This document shows, one piece after another, positions 8,120-20,466 of a DNA stretch of 33,277 nucleotides. The DNA is taken from NCBI GenBank assembly GCA_034440375.1, contig JAWXBZ010000008.1, positions 1 through 33,277 on the forward strand. Direction: 5' to 3'. The notes under the pieces are model-generated. The model was not told the DNA's origin. It did not search any database and was given only the letters and a program-made list of their open reading frames with translations. Source of the stretch: Candidatus Eiseniibacteriota bacterium (GTDB lineage: Bacteria > Eisenbacteria > RBG-16-71-46 > JABDJR01 > JAWXBZ01). Each line of letters starts with the position of its first letter. The first letter of the stretch is position 1. Position numbers and translations under genes: made by a program.

Positions 8120-10564
8120 TCAGGCCTCGTCGTCGTCCATGAGACGGGCCACGTCCATCACGGCGTCACCTTCGTCCACGTTGACCATTCGAACACCCTG
8201 CGTGTTGCGACCGAGCTCGCTGACTTCCTTGATGCGCAGGCGAATGACCACGCCATTCCGGGTGATGATCATCAACTGATCTTCCAGTGTCACTTCCTTG
8301 ATCGCCACGAGAGGACCGTTGCGGGGGGTGTTCTTGATGGTGATGACACCCTTGCCGCCGCGGCCGGTGACACGATAATCCTCGACCGGGCTTCGCTTAC
8401 CGAAGCCGTTCTGCGTGACCGCCAGGACGGTTGATTGCTCGCCGCCTTCGAGTGCCACCATGCCGATGACGTCATCGTCTTCCTCGAGCGTGACGCCGCG
8501 CACACCGCCGGCGGTGCGACCCATCGGGCGGACGGTGGATTCATTGAAACGGATGACATTGCCCTGTCTTTTCGCGATGAGGATCTCGCGCTTGCCGTCA
8601 GTAAGAGCCGCGTCAATCAGCGTGTCTTCGTCACGCAGGTTGATGGCGATGATCCCGGCTTTCCGCGGATTTCCGTACGAGGAGAGCGTGGTCTTCTTGA
8701 TCGTCCCCTTCTTGGTGACCAGGATCAGGAAGTGTTCGTCGTCGAACTCCTTGACCGGAACGATCGTGTTGATTTTCTCGCCGGGCGCCAGGTTGACCAG
8801 GTTGGCGATCGATTTTCCCTTGGCGGTGCGGCTACCCTCGGGAATCTCGTACACCTTGAGCCAGTAGCAGCGCCCGCGATCAGTGAAGATGAGCAGGTAG
8901 GCGTGCGTCGAGGCGATGAAGAGGTGCTGGACAAAATCGGCTTCCCGCGTGCCGGCCCCGATGATGCCGCGTCCGCCGCGTCGCTGGCTGCGGTACGTGT
9001 TGGTCGTCAGTCGCTTGATGTAGCCCTGGTGGCTGATCGTGACGATCATGTCCTCGTCGGCGATCAGGTCCTCGGCCGTGAAATCTTCCGCGGCCAGTGC
9101 GATTTCCGTCCGACGCTTGTCGCCGAACTTCTGCTTCATCTCGGCAAGTTCGGCCTTGATGATGTCCTTGACCCTCTGTTCGCTGGCCAGGATGGCGCGC
9201 AGTTCCTCGATGAGCTGGATGATCTCGCGGTATTCCGATTCGATCTTTTCCCGTTCGAGGCCGGTCAGGCGCTGGAGACGCATTTCCAGGATGGCGTTGG
9301 CCTGGATTTCCGTCAGGGCGAAGCGGGCCATCATGCCAACGCGGGCTTCGGCTGTGTCCTTGGCCGCCCGGATGAGCTTGATCAGCTCCTCGATATTGTC
9401 GAGGGCGATCTTGTAACCCTCGAGGATGTGCGCCCTTTTTTCGGCCTGGGACAGGTCGTAGCGGGTCCGCCGGACGATGACGTCCTTGCGATGTTCGATG
9501 AAGTGGTGAAGAAGCTGCTTGAGCGTCAGGATTTCCGGCCGGTTGTTGACCAGGGCCAGGTTGATGGCGCCGAACGTCTGCTGCATGGCCGTGTGCTTGT
9601 AGAGCTGGTTCAGCACCACCTGGCTGGGGCTGTCCTTCTTGATTTCGATGACCATCCGCATTCCCTCGCGGTCAGACTCATCGCGCAGGTCGGAGATGCC
9701 CGGAATGACGCCTTCGCGTACCAGTCGGGCCATGTCCGCGAGCAGCGAGGCCTTGTTGACCATGTAGGGAATCTCGGTGACGATGATCCGCTCGCGATCG
9801 TTCTTCCACGATTCGATCTCCGCGCGGGCGCGCACCCGGATCAGCCCGCGCCCGGTCAGGTAGCAATCCCGGATCCCCTGGCGGCCAAGGATGATGCCGC
9901 CGGTGGGAAAGTCAGGGCCCTTGACGATGGTCAGGAGTTCCTCATCCGGGATGGTCGGCTCGTCGATGATCCGGATGGTTGCGTCGATCACTTCGCCCAT
10001 GTTGTGCGGCGGGATGTTCGTGGCCATGCCGACCGCGATGCCGGTGGTTCCGTTGACCAGGAGATTCGGGATCTTGGCCGGCAGGACGACCGGCTCCTCC
10101 CGCGTGTTGTCGTAGTTCGGCCGGAGGTTGACGGTTTCCTTCTCGAAATCCTCCAGCATTTCCATGGCCACGCGGGTGAGGCGCGCCTCGGTGTATCGCT
10201 CCGCCGCGGGAGCGTCGCCGTCCACCGACCCGAAGTTCCCCTGGCCGTCCACCAGCGGATAGCGCAGCGAAAAATTCTGGGCCATGCGGACGAGCGTGTC
10301 GTAGATGGCGGTCGTGCCGTGCGGGTGATAGTTGCCGTTGACGTCGCCGGTGATCTTGGCCGACTTCCGGTAAGGTCGCTCCGGCGAGAGGTTCAGTTCG
10401 TTCATCGCAATCAGGACCCGACGATGAACCGGTTTCAGGCCGTCACGGACATCCGGCAGGGCGCGGTTGACGATGACCGACATCGAATAATCGAGATAGG
10501 ATGTCTGCATCTCGTCTTCGATGGGGATCGCGATGATTCTTTCGCCGCTGTTGTCGTCTGCCAT
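8120..10564 (-). CDS. gyrA: DNA gyrase subunit A
   Basis: [28 protein letters not shown] and GyrA-box QRRGGRG. Confidence 0.98.
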   Translation of the reverse strand: MADDNSGERIIAIPIEDEMQTSYLDYSMSVIVNRALPDVRDGLKPVHRRVLIAMNELNLSPERPYRKSAKITGDVNGNYHPHGTTAIYDTLVRMAQNFSLRYPLVDGQGNFGSVDGDAPAAERYTEARLTRVAMEMLEDFEKETVNLRPNYDNTREEPVVLPAKIPNLLVNGTTGIAVGMATNIPPHNMGEVIDATIRIIDEPTIPDEELLTIVKGPDFPTGGIILGRQGIRDCYLTGRGLIRVRARAEIESWKNDRERIIVTEIPYMVNKASLLADMARLVREGVIPGISDLRDESDREGMRMVIEIKKDSPSQVVLNQLYKHTAMQQTFGAINLALVNNRPEILTLKQLLHHFIEHRKDVIVRRTRYDLSQAEKRAHILEGYKIALDNIEELIKLIRAAKDTAEARVGMMARFALTEIQANAILEMRLQRLTGLEREKIESEYREIIQLIEELRAILASEQRVKDIIKAELAEMKQKFGDKRRTEIALAAEDFTAEDLIADEDMIVTISHQGYIKRLTTNTYRSQRRGGRGIIGAGTREADFVQHLFIASTHAYLLIFTDRGRCYWLKVYEIPEGSRTAKGKSIANLVNLAPGEKINTIVPVKEFDDEHFLILVTKKGTIKKTTLSSYGNPRKAGIIAINLRDEDTLIDAALTDGKREILIAKRQGNVIRFNESTVRPMGRTAGGVRGVTLEEDDDVIGMVALEGGEQSTVLAVTQNGFGKRSPVEDYRVTGRGGKGVITIKNTPRNGPLVAIKEVTLEDQLMIITRNGVVIRLRIKEVSELGRNTQGVRMVNVDEGDAVMDVARLMDDDEA

Positions 10565-10641
10565 GCCCTAAAAACCTCTCTCTGAAAAACTGTGCCAGTG
10601 AACCGAACATGCCGTCCGCGGCCCAAGGGCCGCTTCGGTTC

Positions 10642-12892
<2,251 letters not shown>

Positions 12893-12893
<1 letters not shown>

Positions 12894-13999
12894 CAATCGG
12901 GCAGGCGGAGGGGCATTACGAGGCAAAGTAGATCCTCACCCTCCGGAAGCCCCTCGGGCTTGAATATTCCGGCGGACGTGGCGTTGTTCAGGTGCACCGT
13001 CACATTCACGGTGTCGACCGAGCGGAGCAGTTCCAGGAGATAGCTGGCGTTGTAGCCAATATCAATGCGATCGCCGGTGTAGTTGACCGGGATATGCTCC
13101 AGCCCTTCTCCGATGTCGGCGGTGTTGACGGCCAACTCGAGCCGCTCGGGGCGCACGGACATCTTGATCTGGTGGGTTGACGAATCGGCCAGCACCGCCA
13201 CGCGGCGAATGCCGGCAATCAGTTCATCCCGACCGACGGTAAACTGGCGCGGGTTCGTCTTGGGAATGACCTGCTCGTAGTTGGGAAACGATCCGTCGAT
13301 CAACCGGGAGTAGACCGTCGTGGAACCCAGGTCGAAGACGGCGAAACTCTTCGAGATGGTGATGCCCACGCTGACAGTGCCGGCAGCCAACCGCACGACC
13401 TGGCCCAGGGCTTTCGGCGGCATGATGACATCGCGTTCGGCCGCGGCAGAATCGCCTGGAAAGGTGGCACGCGCCAGGCGGTGTCCATCGGTGGCGACCA
13501 TGGTCAGGCGGCCTCCGCCGATCTGGATCAGCACACCGGTCAGTACCTGTCGAACCTCGTCGCTGGATACTGCGTAGGCCGAGCGTCGTACCGCTTTCTC
13601 GAGCGATTCGGTTGGAATTGTGAGCTTCTTCTCGCCATCCACGGTCGGAAGCTGGGGATATTCCTCGGCATCGAGGCCGACAATCGTGAATGACCCACTG
13701 CCGCATTCCAACTTGACGCGCGTTCCGCTCACGCTGCAGCGGATTTCTTCGTTCGGCAGTTCGCGCACGATGTCGGCCAACTTCTTGGCCGGCATCGTGA
13801 TGCTGCCTGCGGTCGTCACCTTGGCGTCGCCGCTGGTCCGAATGGAAATGTCCAGATCGGTGGCGACCAGTGTCAACCGGCCGTCGGCCGCCTGGAGCAA
13901 CACGTTCGACAGAATTGGAAGCGTGCTGCGGCTCGGAACGGCGCTAACCACCGTTTGGAGAAGAGCTTGAAACTCATTGCGCGGCAGACTGAACTTCAT
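12893..13999 (-). CDS. dnaN: DNA polymerase III beta clamp
   Basis: STLPILSNVL, ATDLDI, VATDGHRLA, RLIDGSFPNY and LVMPLRL. ATG at 13999 (368 aa). Confidence 0.97.
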
Positions 14000-14117
14000 G
14001 GCATCCCCCCGGCGACCTGACTCGCCAGCGGACGGAGATGGTGCGTGTAAATCTTGTGTGGACTGTCTGTTACTTGGCATGGACGAGGGGTGAAAGATGT
14101 GGGTGACATTCCTCGGC

Positions 14118-14146
14118 AGTATAGAAAATGGGCACGCAAGCCGCAA
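14118..14146 (-). promoter_or_regulatory. Putative sigma70 promoter for dnaN
   Basis: Minus strand TTGCGG-N17-TATACT. Confidence 0.55.
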
Positions 14147-14173
14147 GCTAAAACTGGAGGCTGTCCGTAGGTT

Positions 14174-14430
14174 CTAACTCTTTGTTTATAAATAATTTAG
14201 TGCTAGTAGTAGGGGCTGTGAATATGTGGACTGGCGGGCGGCGGCGGAGTCAAGGCCGTGACGCAGCGCCACTTGGGAGAGCCGTCGGCACGGGGATAGA
14301 ATGTCCACCCCCTGAACACCGGGGGCCAGTTATCCATAAGTGATGCTCGGAAAACAGCTTTCCGGATTGTACTCACAGGCTTACTGACAGCATTTATTAA
14401 CATATTGTGGAGAATCGCTGAAAATGCACA
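14174..14430. other. oriC: oriC unwinding region (AT-rich DUE, DnaA-trios, DnaA boxes)
   Basis: AT-rich stretch 14174-14200 and TAG repeats 14198-14212. Box-like sites: TGTGAATAT 14217-25, TGTGGACTG 14225-33, TTATCCATA 14330-38, TTATTAACA 14394-402, TGTGGAGAA 14406-14. Confidence 0.85.
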
Positions 14431-14553
14431 AGGCCCCGAGGCCGTTGCGCGGCTCAAAATCAGCCGTCCGGGGGCCCCGGGGTCTTGAGACCGGCATAAC
14501 CTGGCCGGCAATTTTCTCTCATGGCTGTCGGACGCCGATGGGCGACCGGGACG

Positions 14554-15915
14554 TCAGGAGTCCCGGCTGCCTCGAAGCGTCTGGTTCAGCTGATCGACGG
14601 TGGCGCGCACATCCCGATCCCGCTCGAACATGTCGCTGACCCGGTCGCAGGCATACATCACGGTTGTGTGGTCACGGCCCCCAAATAACCGGCCGACTTC
14701 CACCAGCGACATCTGGGTCATCGTTCGGCACAGGTACATTCCCACCTGCCGCGGGTAGGCTATCTGGTTTGTTCTCTTGCGGCCGCGCAGTGCCTCGACC
14801 GATACATGGAAGTGGTCCGAGACGGCCTCCATGATGCGCGGCCCGGTGACGGCCAGCGGGGTTTTGACGTCGCTGACCAGCCGGAGCACATCGAGTGCCA
14901 TCTCCAGCGTGACTTCGCGCCGGGTCAGCGAGGACACGGCCATCAGCCGGACCAGGCTCCCCTCGAGCTCGCGAATGTTCGACCGACAGTTGGCGGCGAT
15001 CATGTGGGCGACGTCGTCGGGGAGGTGAAGCCCCTCAACCTCAGCCTTCCTTTTCAGAATGGCCACACGGGTTTCCATCTCCGGTGCCTGAACATCGGTG
15101 ACGAGGCCGGCGTGAAAACGGCTGACCAGGCGCTCCTCCAGCGTCGGGATCTCTTTTGGAGGCCGGTCGCTCGAAAGTACGATCTGCTTGCGCGCATCGA
15201 AAAGGGCATTGAAGGTGTGGAAGAACTCCTCCTGCGTGCTTTCCTTGCCCGCCAGGAACTGGATGTCGTCGATCAGGAGGAGGTCGGCATTCCGATATTT
15301 GTTCCTGAAGTCGAGCGTCCGGTTGCGCTGAATCGACTCGATCATCTCGTTCATGAATTGTTCGGATGAAAGGTAGAAGATGCGGCAGGCCGGATTTTTC
15401 TGGCGCAAGTGGTTTCCCACGGCGTGCATCAGGTGCGTTTTGCCGAGGCCGACCCCGCCATAGATGAAAAGCGGGTTGTAGGAATGGGCCGGCTTCTCGG
15501 CCACGGCCCGACAGGCCGCGTGGGCCAGCTGGTTGCTCTGGCCAATGACGAAAGTTTCAAAGGTATAGCGGGGGTCGAGCGAACTATCGTCGGGAAAGAG
15601 CCGGCCCCGTGCGGGTGCCGGCGCGATCGGAAAGATTTCCGGCGCCAGCACCGGCTCGGAGCCGGGGTCCACCCGAAACGACACGGCCGTTCCGGGTCCG
15701 AAGATGTCGCGAACCGCCTCGGCCAGAAGCGGCATGTAGTGTTCTTCGATCCAGTCGACAAAGAACTCGCCCGGCGCATCGATGACCAGGCGGCCATTGT
15801 CGACGCCAGCGAACTCCAGTGGCCGAAACCAGGTGTTATGTGTCTGCTCGCTGACCTTCTCCTTGATCCGAGCCAGGAGTTGTCTCCAGGCATCAGGGGC
15901 CGGCTTGGCTGACAA
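14554..15915 (-). CDS. dnaA: Chromosomal replication initiator DnaA
   Basis: YNPLFIYGGVGLGKTHL, LLIDDIQF, NIRELEG and GGRDHTTV. Likely TTG start at 15915 after GAGGTG; the ORF extends to ATG 15960. Confidence 0.98.
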   Translation of the reverse strand: MSAKPAPDAWRQLLARIKEKVSEQTHNTWFRPLEFAGVDNGRLVIDAPGEFFVDWIEEHYMPLLAEAVRDIFGPGTAVSFRVDPGSEPVLAPEIFPIAPAPARGRLFPDDSSLDPRYTFETFVIGQSNQLAHAACRAVAEKPAHSYNPLFIYGGVGLGKTHLMHAVGNHLRQKNPACRIFYLSSEQFMNEMIESIQRNRTLDFRNKYRNADLLLIDDIQFLAGKESTQEEFFHTFNALFDARKQIVLSSDRPPKEIPTLEERLVSRFHAGLVTDVQAPEMETRVAILKRKAEVEGLHLPDDVAHMIAANCRSNIRELEGSLVRLMAVSSLTRREVTLEMALDVLRLVSDVKTPLAVTGPRIMEAVSDHFHVSVEALRGRKRTNQIAYPRQVGMYLCRTMTQMSLVEVGRLFGGRDHTTVMYACDRVSDMFERDRDVRATVDQLNQTLRGSRDS

Positions 15916-15931
15916 GGTTCGCACCTCACGC

Positions 15932-16125
15932 GATTCCACAGGGTTATACACAATGGTCATGTGGCTATCCCTGTGATGGTTGGGGGTCAGGCCACCTCGA
16001 AACGGGGGTTTCGGAGTGCCACGATGGCCGGGCCACTTTCCACATATGTGGAAAGTGGCCTTAGCTGTTGTTCAACTTGGACTTACGGTGCAGAAGCGGC
16101 GGCCGGGGAGGAGTGTTTGTCCACA
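15932..16125. promoter_or_regulatory. DnaA-box cluster upstream of dnaA
   Basis: GATTCCACA 15932-40, TTATACACA 15944-52, CTTTCCACA 16036-44, TGTGGAAAG 16047-55 and TTGTCCACA 16117-25. Confidence 0.75.
16031..16060. repeat. Perfect 30-bp palindrome
   Basis: GGCCACTTTCCACAT|ATGTGGAAAGTGGCC. Confidence 0.95.
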
Positions 16126-16235
16126 ATACAGGACGATGCATGTTGCCCCCGGAGGCCTGTCACGTATGTCGTTTTGGGAAAACGATTTACCGTAATGGCC
16201 CGACCCGAAAATCACACAGATTTTGCGGTTCGCGC

Positions 16236-16264
16236 ATCCTAGCACTCGACCCCGGAGGCAACAA
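16236..16264 (-). promoter_or_regulatory. Putative dnaA promoter
   Basis: Minus strand TTGTTG-N17-TAGGAT with a TGn extended -10. Confidence 0.45.
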
Positions 16265-16509
16265 TAAAATTCACCAAACCGTCACGAATTCCGTAAGGTG
16301 AAATAAAAAAGACACTTGCGAGGATTCATTGATGCCAGTTGTTCAGGGGTCGGCTATCCGGCCATGGCGGCTCACCAAAGGACCTTCGTCCGTAACCATT
16401 CTGATAACAACAGCTTACGGGTTATCCGGCTTCGGGCTTCCGCAAATCTCCCACGCGGGCGGGCGACAGGGACCGAATTGGGGCAATATCGGTCATTTTT
16501 CCCTTTTCC

Positions 16510-16538
16510 TTGACACTCGGGAGTCGCACGACTACTCT
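16510..16538 (+). promoter_or_regulatory. Putative sigma70 promoter for the rpmH operon
   Basis: TTGACA-N17-TACTCT. Confidence 0.65.
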
Positions 16539-16632
16539 CGCGAGCCGCCGAAATGGCCTCTGGCCATGTCGTTTGCGGGCGTTTTCAGGAACACGCCGGC
16601 CCATGCTGGACCGGAAACACTTCGAGGTTGTC

Positions 16633-16767
16633 ATGAAGAGAACTTATCAGCCGCACAATCGGAAGCGTAAGAAAACCCACGGGTTCCGTGTCCGCATGAG
16701 TACGCTGGGCGGCCGAAAAGTGCTGGCCCGTCGCCGCGCCCGGGGAAGAAAGCGCCTCACGGTCTAG
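16633..16767 (+). CDS. rpmH: 50S ribosomal protein L34
   Basis: [43 protein letters not shown], with GAGG upstream. Confidence 0.98.
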   Translation: MKRTYQPHNRKRKKTHGFRVRMSTLGGRKVLARRRARGRKRLTV

Positions 16768-16793
16768 TCGTCCAACCCAACCAGCCGCAAAGC

Positions 16794-17192
16794 ATGAATC
16801 TGGTGCGTCCGGCTCGGCCGCGTGGCGGTCAGCGGCTTGGTCCAGGCGACCGGCTCCGAACCGGCTGGGAATATCGTCGGGTTTATGAAGGCGGTCGGTC
16901 CATCCACGGGCGCCGTTTCGTGCTCTTCTTTCTTGTGGATAACGAGTTACCCCGCCGGGCCGGTTTCGTGGCCAGCCGAAAGGTTGGCGACTCGGTTCAC
17001 CGCAATCGGGCCAGGCGAAGACTCCGCGAAGCTTACCGCCAGCTTAAATCACGGTTGCCCGAGTCGGGCGCCTGGATCGTCTTTGTCGCCAGGAAACCAT
17101 GTGCCGAGGAATCACAGAAGCTGGTCAACGAGGAAATGCTGGCCCTGTTGATTCGGGCCGGCCTCACCACTCCTTTGCCGCCCGCGCTCTGA
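16794..17192 (+). CDS. rnpA: RNase P protein component
   Basis: [25 protein letters not shown] (RNR motif) and synteny. Confidence 0.93.
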   Translation: MNLVRPARPRGGQRLGPGDRLRTGWEYRRVYEGGRSIHGRRFVLFFLVDNELPRRAGFVASRKVGDSVHRNRARRRLREAYRQLKSRLPESGAWIVFVARKPCAEESQKLVNEEMLALLIRAGLTTPLPPAL

Positions 17193-17389
17193 TCCTTTTC
17201 ATCGAGGGCTACCGGCGAATCATTTCGCCCTACCTTCCCCCCTCCTGCCGCTTCCAGCCGACCTGTTCCGAATACGCCCGTCTTGCCATTGTCCGTTTCG
17301 GCGCCAAACGCGGGGGGCTCAAGGCTCTTCGCCGCCTGCTCCGATGCCACCCCTTTCATCCGGGCGGATATGACCCGGTGGAGTCTTGA
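17099..17389 (+). CDS. yidD: Membrane protein insertion efficiency factor YidD
   Basis: [20 protein letters not shown]...[16 protein letters not shown]. Overlaps the end of rnpA; start uncertain. Confidence 0.92.
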   Translation: MCRGITEAGQRGNAGPVDSGRPHHSFAARALILFIEGYRRIISPYLPPSCRFQPTCSEYARLAIVRFGAKRGGLKALRRLLRCHPFHPGGYDPVES

Positions 17390-19074
17390 TGGACCGAAGG
17401 TCCCTTCTCGCGATCGTGCTGTCGATCCTGGTGATCCTGGCGTTCAACTTCTTTCTTCAGCCCAAGAACCCGGCTCCGCTGCTGTTTACTGGCGCCGACG
17501 AGATGCTTCAAGCCACGGGGGCCACGGCGGACTCGCCGGGGACAAGTACCGCCAATCCACTCGACTCGAACGCGGATCTGCTGGCCCCTGATTCGTCGTC
17601 GGCAGGAATCCCCCGCATTGATATCGGTCTCCTCCCCACAAAGGAAGCGGTGCCGACAACGATTCCTATTTCCGTGGATGGCGTTGAGGCCCGATTCACC
17701 TCGATGGGCGGCGCAATTGAATCGTGGCGCCTGATTCACTTTCCAGCTCCGGGCGGCCAGGTGGAAATGGTCCGTTCCGGTCCGGAACCCCATGCCGTAC
17801 TGCACCTTGGCGACCGGGAGATCAATCTCAACCAGCCGATCTACGCCAGCACCGTCGAGCCGATCGACGGCGGCGGGCAGCTCCTCACCTTTCGGGCCGG
17901 CGAGCCGGGGGGTATCGAGGTGGTCAAGCGGTATCGCCTCACGCCGGAATCACCACTCTACGAATTCGAGATCGAGCTTCGGGGTCTTCCCATTTCGTCG
18001 GGCGATTCGTGGCTGGAAGTTGGATGGGCCGGTGGCCTTCCCCCGGCGGAACCTCAGGCAGAAACCGACCGGCAGGCCTTCGGCGCCGTGGTCGCTGTCG
18101 GCAAGGACGTGCAGCGAATCGGCGCCGGCAGCTTCAAAAAGGAAAACCGGAAGGAGGTGCCGGGTCAAATCCACTGGGTGGCCGCCCGGAACAAGTACTT
18201 CATGGCCGCACTCGTGCCGCCGCCGGAAACCGTCACCGCCGCCGCGGCCGTGGGAAATGCCAAAGACCATGTCGCCGGCGCACTGCTTCGCCTCCCGATC
18301 AGCGGCGCGGGCGAATTCCGCCAGAGTGTTCGATTGTATCTCGGACCCATCGATTACTGGCAGTTGAAGAAGCTCGGGCTCGGCCTCGAGTATGCCGTCG
18401 ACCTCGGCTGGAAGATCATTCTGCCGGTGGCCCAGTTGCTCCTCTGGGCCCTCAACGCCGGCTACAATCTCATTCCCAACTACGGCATTGTGATCATCAT
18501 CCTTTCCGGGCTGACCCGGCTCCTTTTCTATCCCCTGACCCAGATCAGCATGCGATCGATGCGGGCCATGCAGGAAATCCAGCCCGAGATGGAGCGCCTG
18601 CGCAAGAAGTACGAGAAGGATCCGCAGGAACTGAACAAGAGGGTCTTCGCGCTCTACCGCGAACACAAGGTCAACCCGGTCTCCGGGTGCCTGCCGCTCC
18701 TGCTCCAGATGCCGGTCTTCTTTGCCCTCTATAGTGTGTTGGCCAATTCCGTCGAGTTGCGTCAGGCTCCGTTCGTGGCCTGGATCACCGACCTGTCGGC
18801 TCCTGACACCTTGATGACCATCGGCGGCTTCGCCATTCACGTGCTGCCTGTCCTGATGTCGCTGTCCATGTTCTGGCAGCAGAAGCTGACGCCGACCGAT
18901 CCACGACAGGCGCCGGTCATGCTCCTGATGCCGTTCATGATGCTCTTCTTCTTCTACAAGGTTCCTTCCGGCCTCACGCTTTACTGGACGGTGACCAACC
19001 TGTTCTCGGTGGCCCAGCAGTACCAGATGAACCGGGAGAACAAGGCCCGGGCCGCCGTGATGAAGACCGGGTGA
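17389..19074 (+). CDS. yidC: Membrane protein insertase YidC (long form with periplasmic domain)
   Basis: NYGIVII, NPVSGCLPLLLQMPVF, WITDLSAPD and PSGLTLYW. Confidence 0.96.
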   Translation: MDRRSLLAIVLSILVILAFNFFLQPKNPAPLLFTGADEMLQATGATADSPGTSTANPLDSNADLLAPDSSSAGIPRIDIGLLPTKEAVPTTIPISVDGVEARFTSMGGAIESWRLIHFPAPGGQVEMVRSGPEPHAVLHLGDREINLNQPIYASTVEPIDGGGQLLTFRAGEPGGIEVVKRYRLTPESPLYEFEIELRGLPISSGDSWLEVGWAGGLPPAEPQAETDRQAFGAVVAVGKDVQRIGAGSFKKENRKEVPGQIHWVAARNKYFMAALVPPPETVTAAAAVGNAKDHVAGALLRLPISGAGEFRQSVRLYLGPIDYWQLKKLGLGLEYAVDLGWKIILPVAQLLLWALNAGYNLIPNYGIVIIILSGLTRLLFYPLTQISMRSMRAMQEIQPEMERLRKKYEKDPQELNKRVFALYREHKVNPVSGCLPLLLQMPVFFALYSVLANSVELRQAPFVAWITDLSAPDTLMTIGGFAIHVLPVLMSLSMFWQQKLTPTDPRQAPVMLLMPFMMLFFFYKVPSGLTLYWTVTNLFSVAQQYQMNRENKARAAVMKTG

Positions 19075-20456
19075 CCGGATTGGATGTCATCGCGGCGCTG
19101 GCCACGCCCGCCGGAATCGGGGCGCTGGCCGTTGTCCGACTGTCGGGAGCCGGCGCGGAGGCGGTGGCCGAGCGCGTATTTCGTGGTCGAGGCCCTCTTT
19201 CGGCCGCGCCGAGCCATCAACTTCGCCGCGGCGTGATTGTTCATCCGGATCGACCGGACGATCCCATCGACGACGTCCTTGCCGTCGTCATGCGGGCGCC
19301 CGCAAGCTACACCGGTGAAACGGTTGTCGAGTTCAGCGGCCACGGCAGTCCGGAGGCCGCCCGCAACATCGTGGAAGCGCTGATCGATGCGGGGGCGCGG
19401 CCCGCCGCACCGGGCGAGTTCACGCGCCGGGCTTTTCTGAACGGCAAGGTCGACCTGGCTCAGGCCGAGGCCGTGGCGGAGCTGGTCGAGGCGCGCGGTC
19501 AGCGGGCGCGGCGTAACGCACTTGCGCAATTGCAGGGAGGCCTGTCGGAGCAGATCGGCGCGCTTCGCCGGGGGCTGCTCGACGAACTGGCTCCGCTCGA
19601 AGCTTTCATCGATTTTGGCGACGATGTGCCGGAGCCCCCTGGAATCAGACGGATGGCTGCCACCATCGCCGAGGTTCGTTCGGGGATTGACCGGCTGCTC
19701 GGCGGCCGGGAGCGCGGACGGATGATGACTCACGGCGCCACCGTGGCCCTGGCCGGCCGACCCAATGTGGGCAAGTCGTCCCTGCTGAATGCGCTTGCCG
19801 GCCAGGAGCGGGCTCTGGTGCACGACGCACCGGGGACGACCCGTGATGTGATTGATGTGGAAATCGTGCTCGGCGGGTATGCCGTGCGCCTGGTTGATAC
19901 CGCCGGAATTCGCGCCACGCTCGACCCGGTCGAATCAGCCGGCGTTGAGCGTGCTCGTCGTGCCGTCAAGGAGGCGGACGTGGCGCTCCTCGTTCTTGAG
20001 GCACCCGAACCACCGGGTGAGGATGATCGCCTGGTCGCCGCGCTGATCGAGGGCCGTCCGATGCTGGTCGTTCGTAACAAGATTGACCTGGGGGATGACG
20101 CCACTTGCCGGGAGTTCGCCGCGCGAGTGGCCGGCAGCGATGGCGCGGTTCTGCCGGTGTCCGCGCGGCGCGGTGATGGTCTCGACGATCTCGTCGCTCG
20201 CCTCTCGGGTCGAATCACGATCGTCGCCGGTGACGACGAGGGCCCGACGATGACCTGCCTGCGCCACTACGAGGCGTTGTTTCGGGCCAGGGCTGCGCTG
20301 GAACGGGCGACGGGAGCCCTCGCAACGGGCGCATTCGCCGACATGCTGGCCGCCGAACTCCGCGAATCGTTGTCCGCACTGGGCGAAATCACCGGCCAGA
20401 GCGTCGGCCCGGAGATCCTGGACACGATCTTCAGTCGATTCTGTATCGGAAAGTGA
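19071..20456 (+). CDS. mnmE: tRNA modification GTPase MnmE
   Basis: [39 protein letters not shown] and FSRFCIGK. Confidence 0.97.
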   Translation: MTGLDVIAALATPAGIGALAVVRLSGAGAEAVAERVFRGRGPLSAAPSHQLRRGVIVHPDRPDDPIDDVLAVVMRAPASYTGETVVEFSGHGSPEAARNIVEALIDAGARPAAPGEFTRRAFLNGKVDLAQAEAVAELVEARGQRARRNALAQLQGGLSEQIGALRRGLLDELAPLEAFIDFGDDVPEPPGIRRMAATIAEVRSGIDRLLGGRERGRMMTHGATVALAGRPNVGKSSLLNALAGQERALVHDAPGTTRDVIDVEIVLGGYAVRLVDTAGIRATLDPVESAGVERARRAVKEADVALLVLEAPEPPGEDDRLVAALIEGRPMLVVRNKIDLGDDATCREFAARVAGSDGAVLPVSARRGDGLDDLVARLSGRITIVAGDDEGPTMTCLRHYEALFRARAALERATGALATGAFADMLAAELRESLSALGEITGQSVGPEILDTIFSRFCIGK

Positions 20457-20466
20457 CGGGGGGACT

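Noticed and set aside
8435-10585. 716-aa plus-strand ORF antisense to gyrA, and similar long antisense ORFs over gyrB, larA, yidC and moeZ
   Set aside because: Shadow ORFs expected from high-GC codon bias; no recognisable motifs.
10600-10641. Hairpin between gyrB and gyrA
   Set aside because: No U-tract follows on the coding strand; at most an mRNA-stabilising stem.
14000-14146. N-terminal extension of dnaN in the ORF track, and similar extensions for mgtC, pspC, rpmH, cysM and moeZ
   Set aside because: Family similarity and RBS or overlap positions support the downstream starts.
14203-14511. 102-aa ORF ending HIHSPYY between dnaA and dnaN
   Set aside because: It is a translation of DnaA boxes and trios in oriC and is unlikely to be a gene.
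16270-16305. TTCACC...GGTGAA inverted repeat as a Rex operator
   Set aside because: Orientation and spacing do not match TTGTGAA-N4-TTCACAA.
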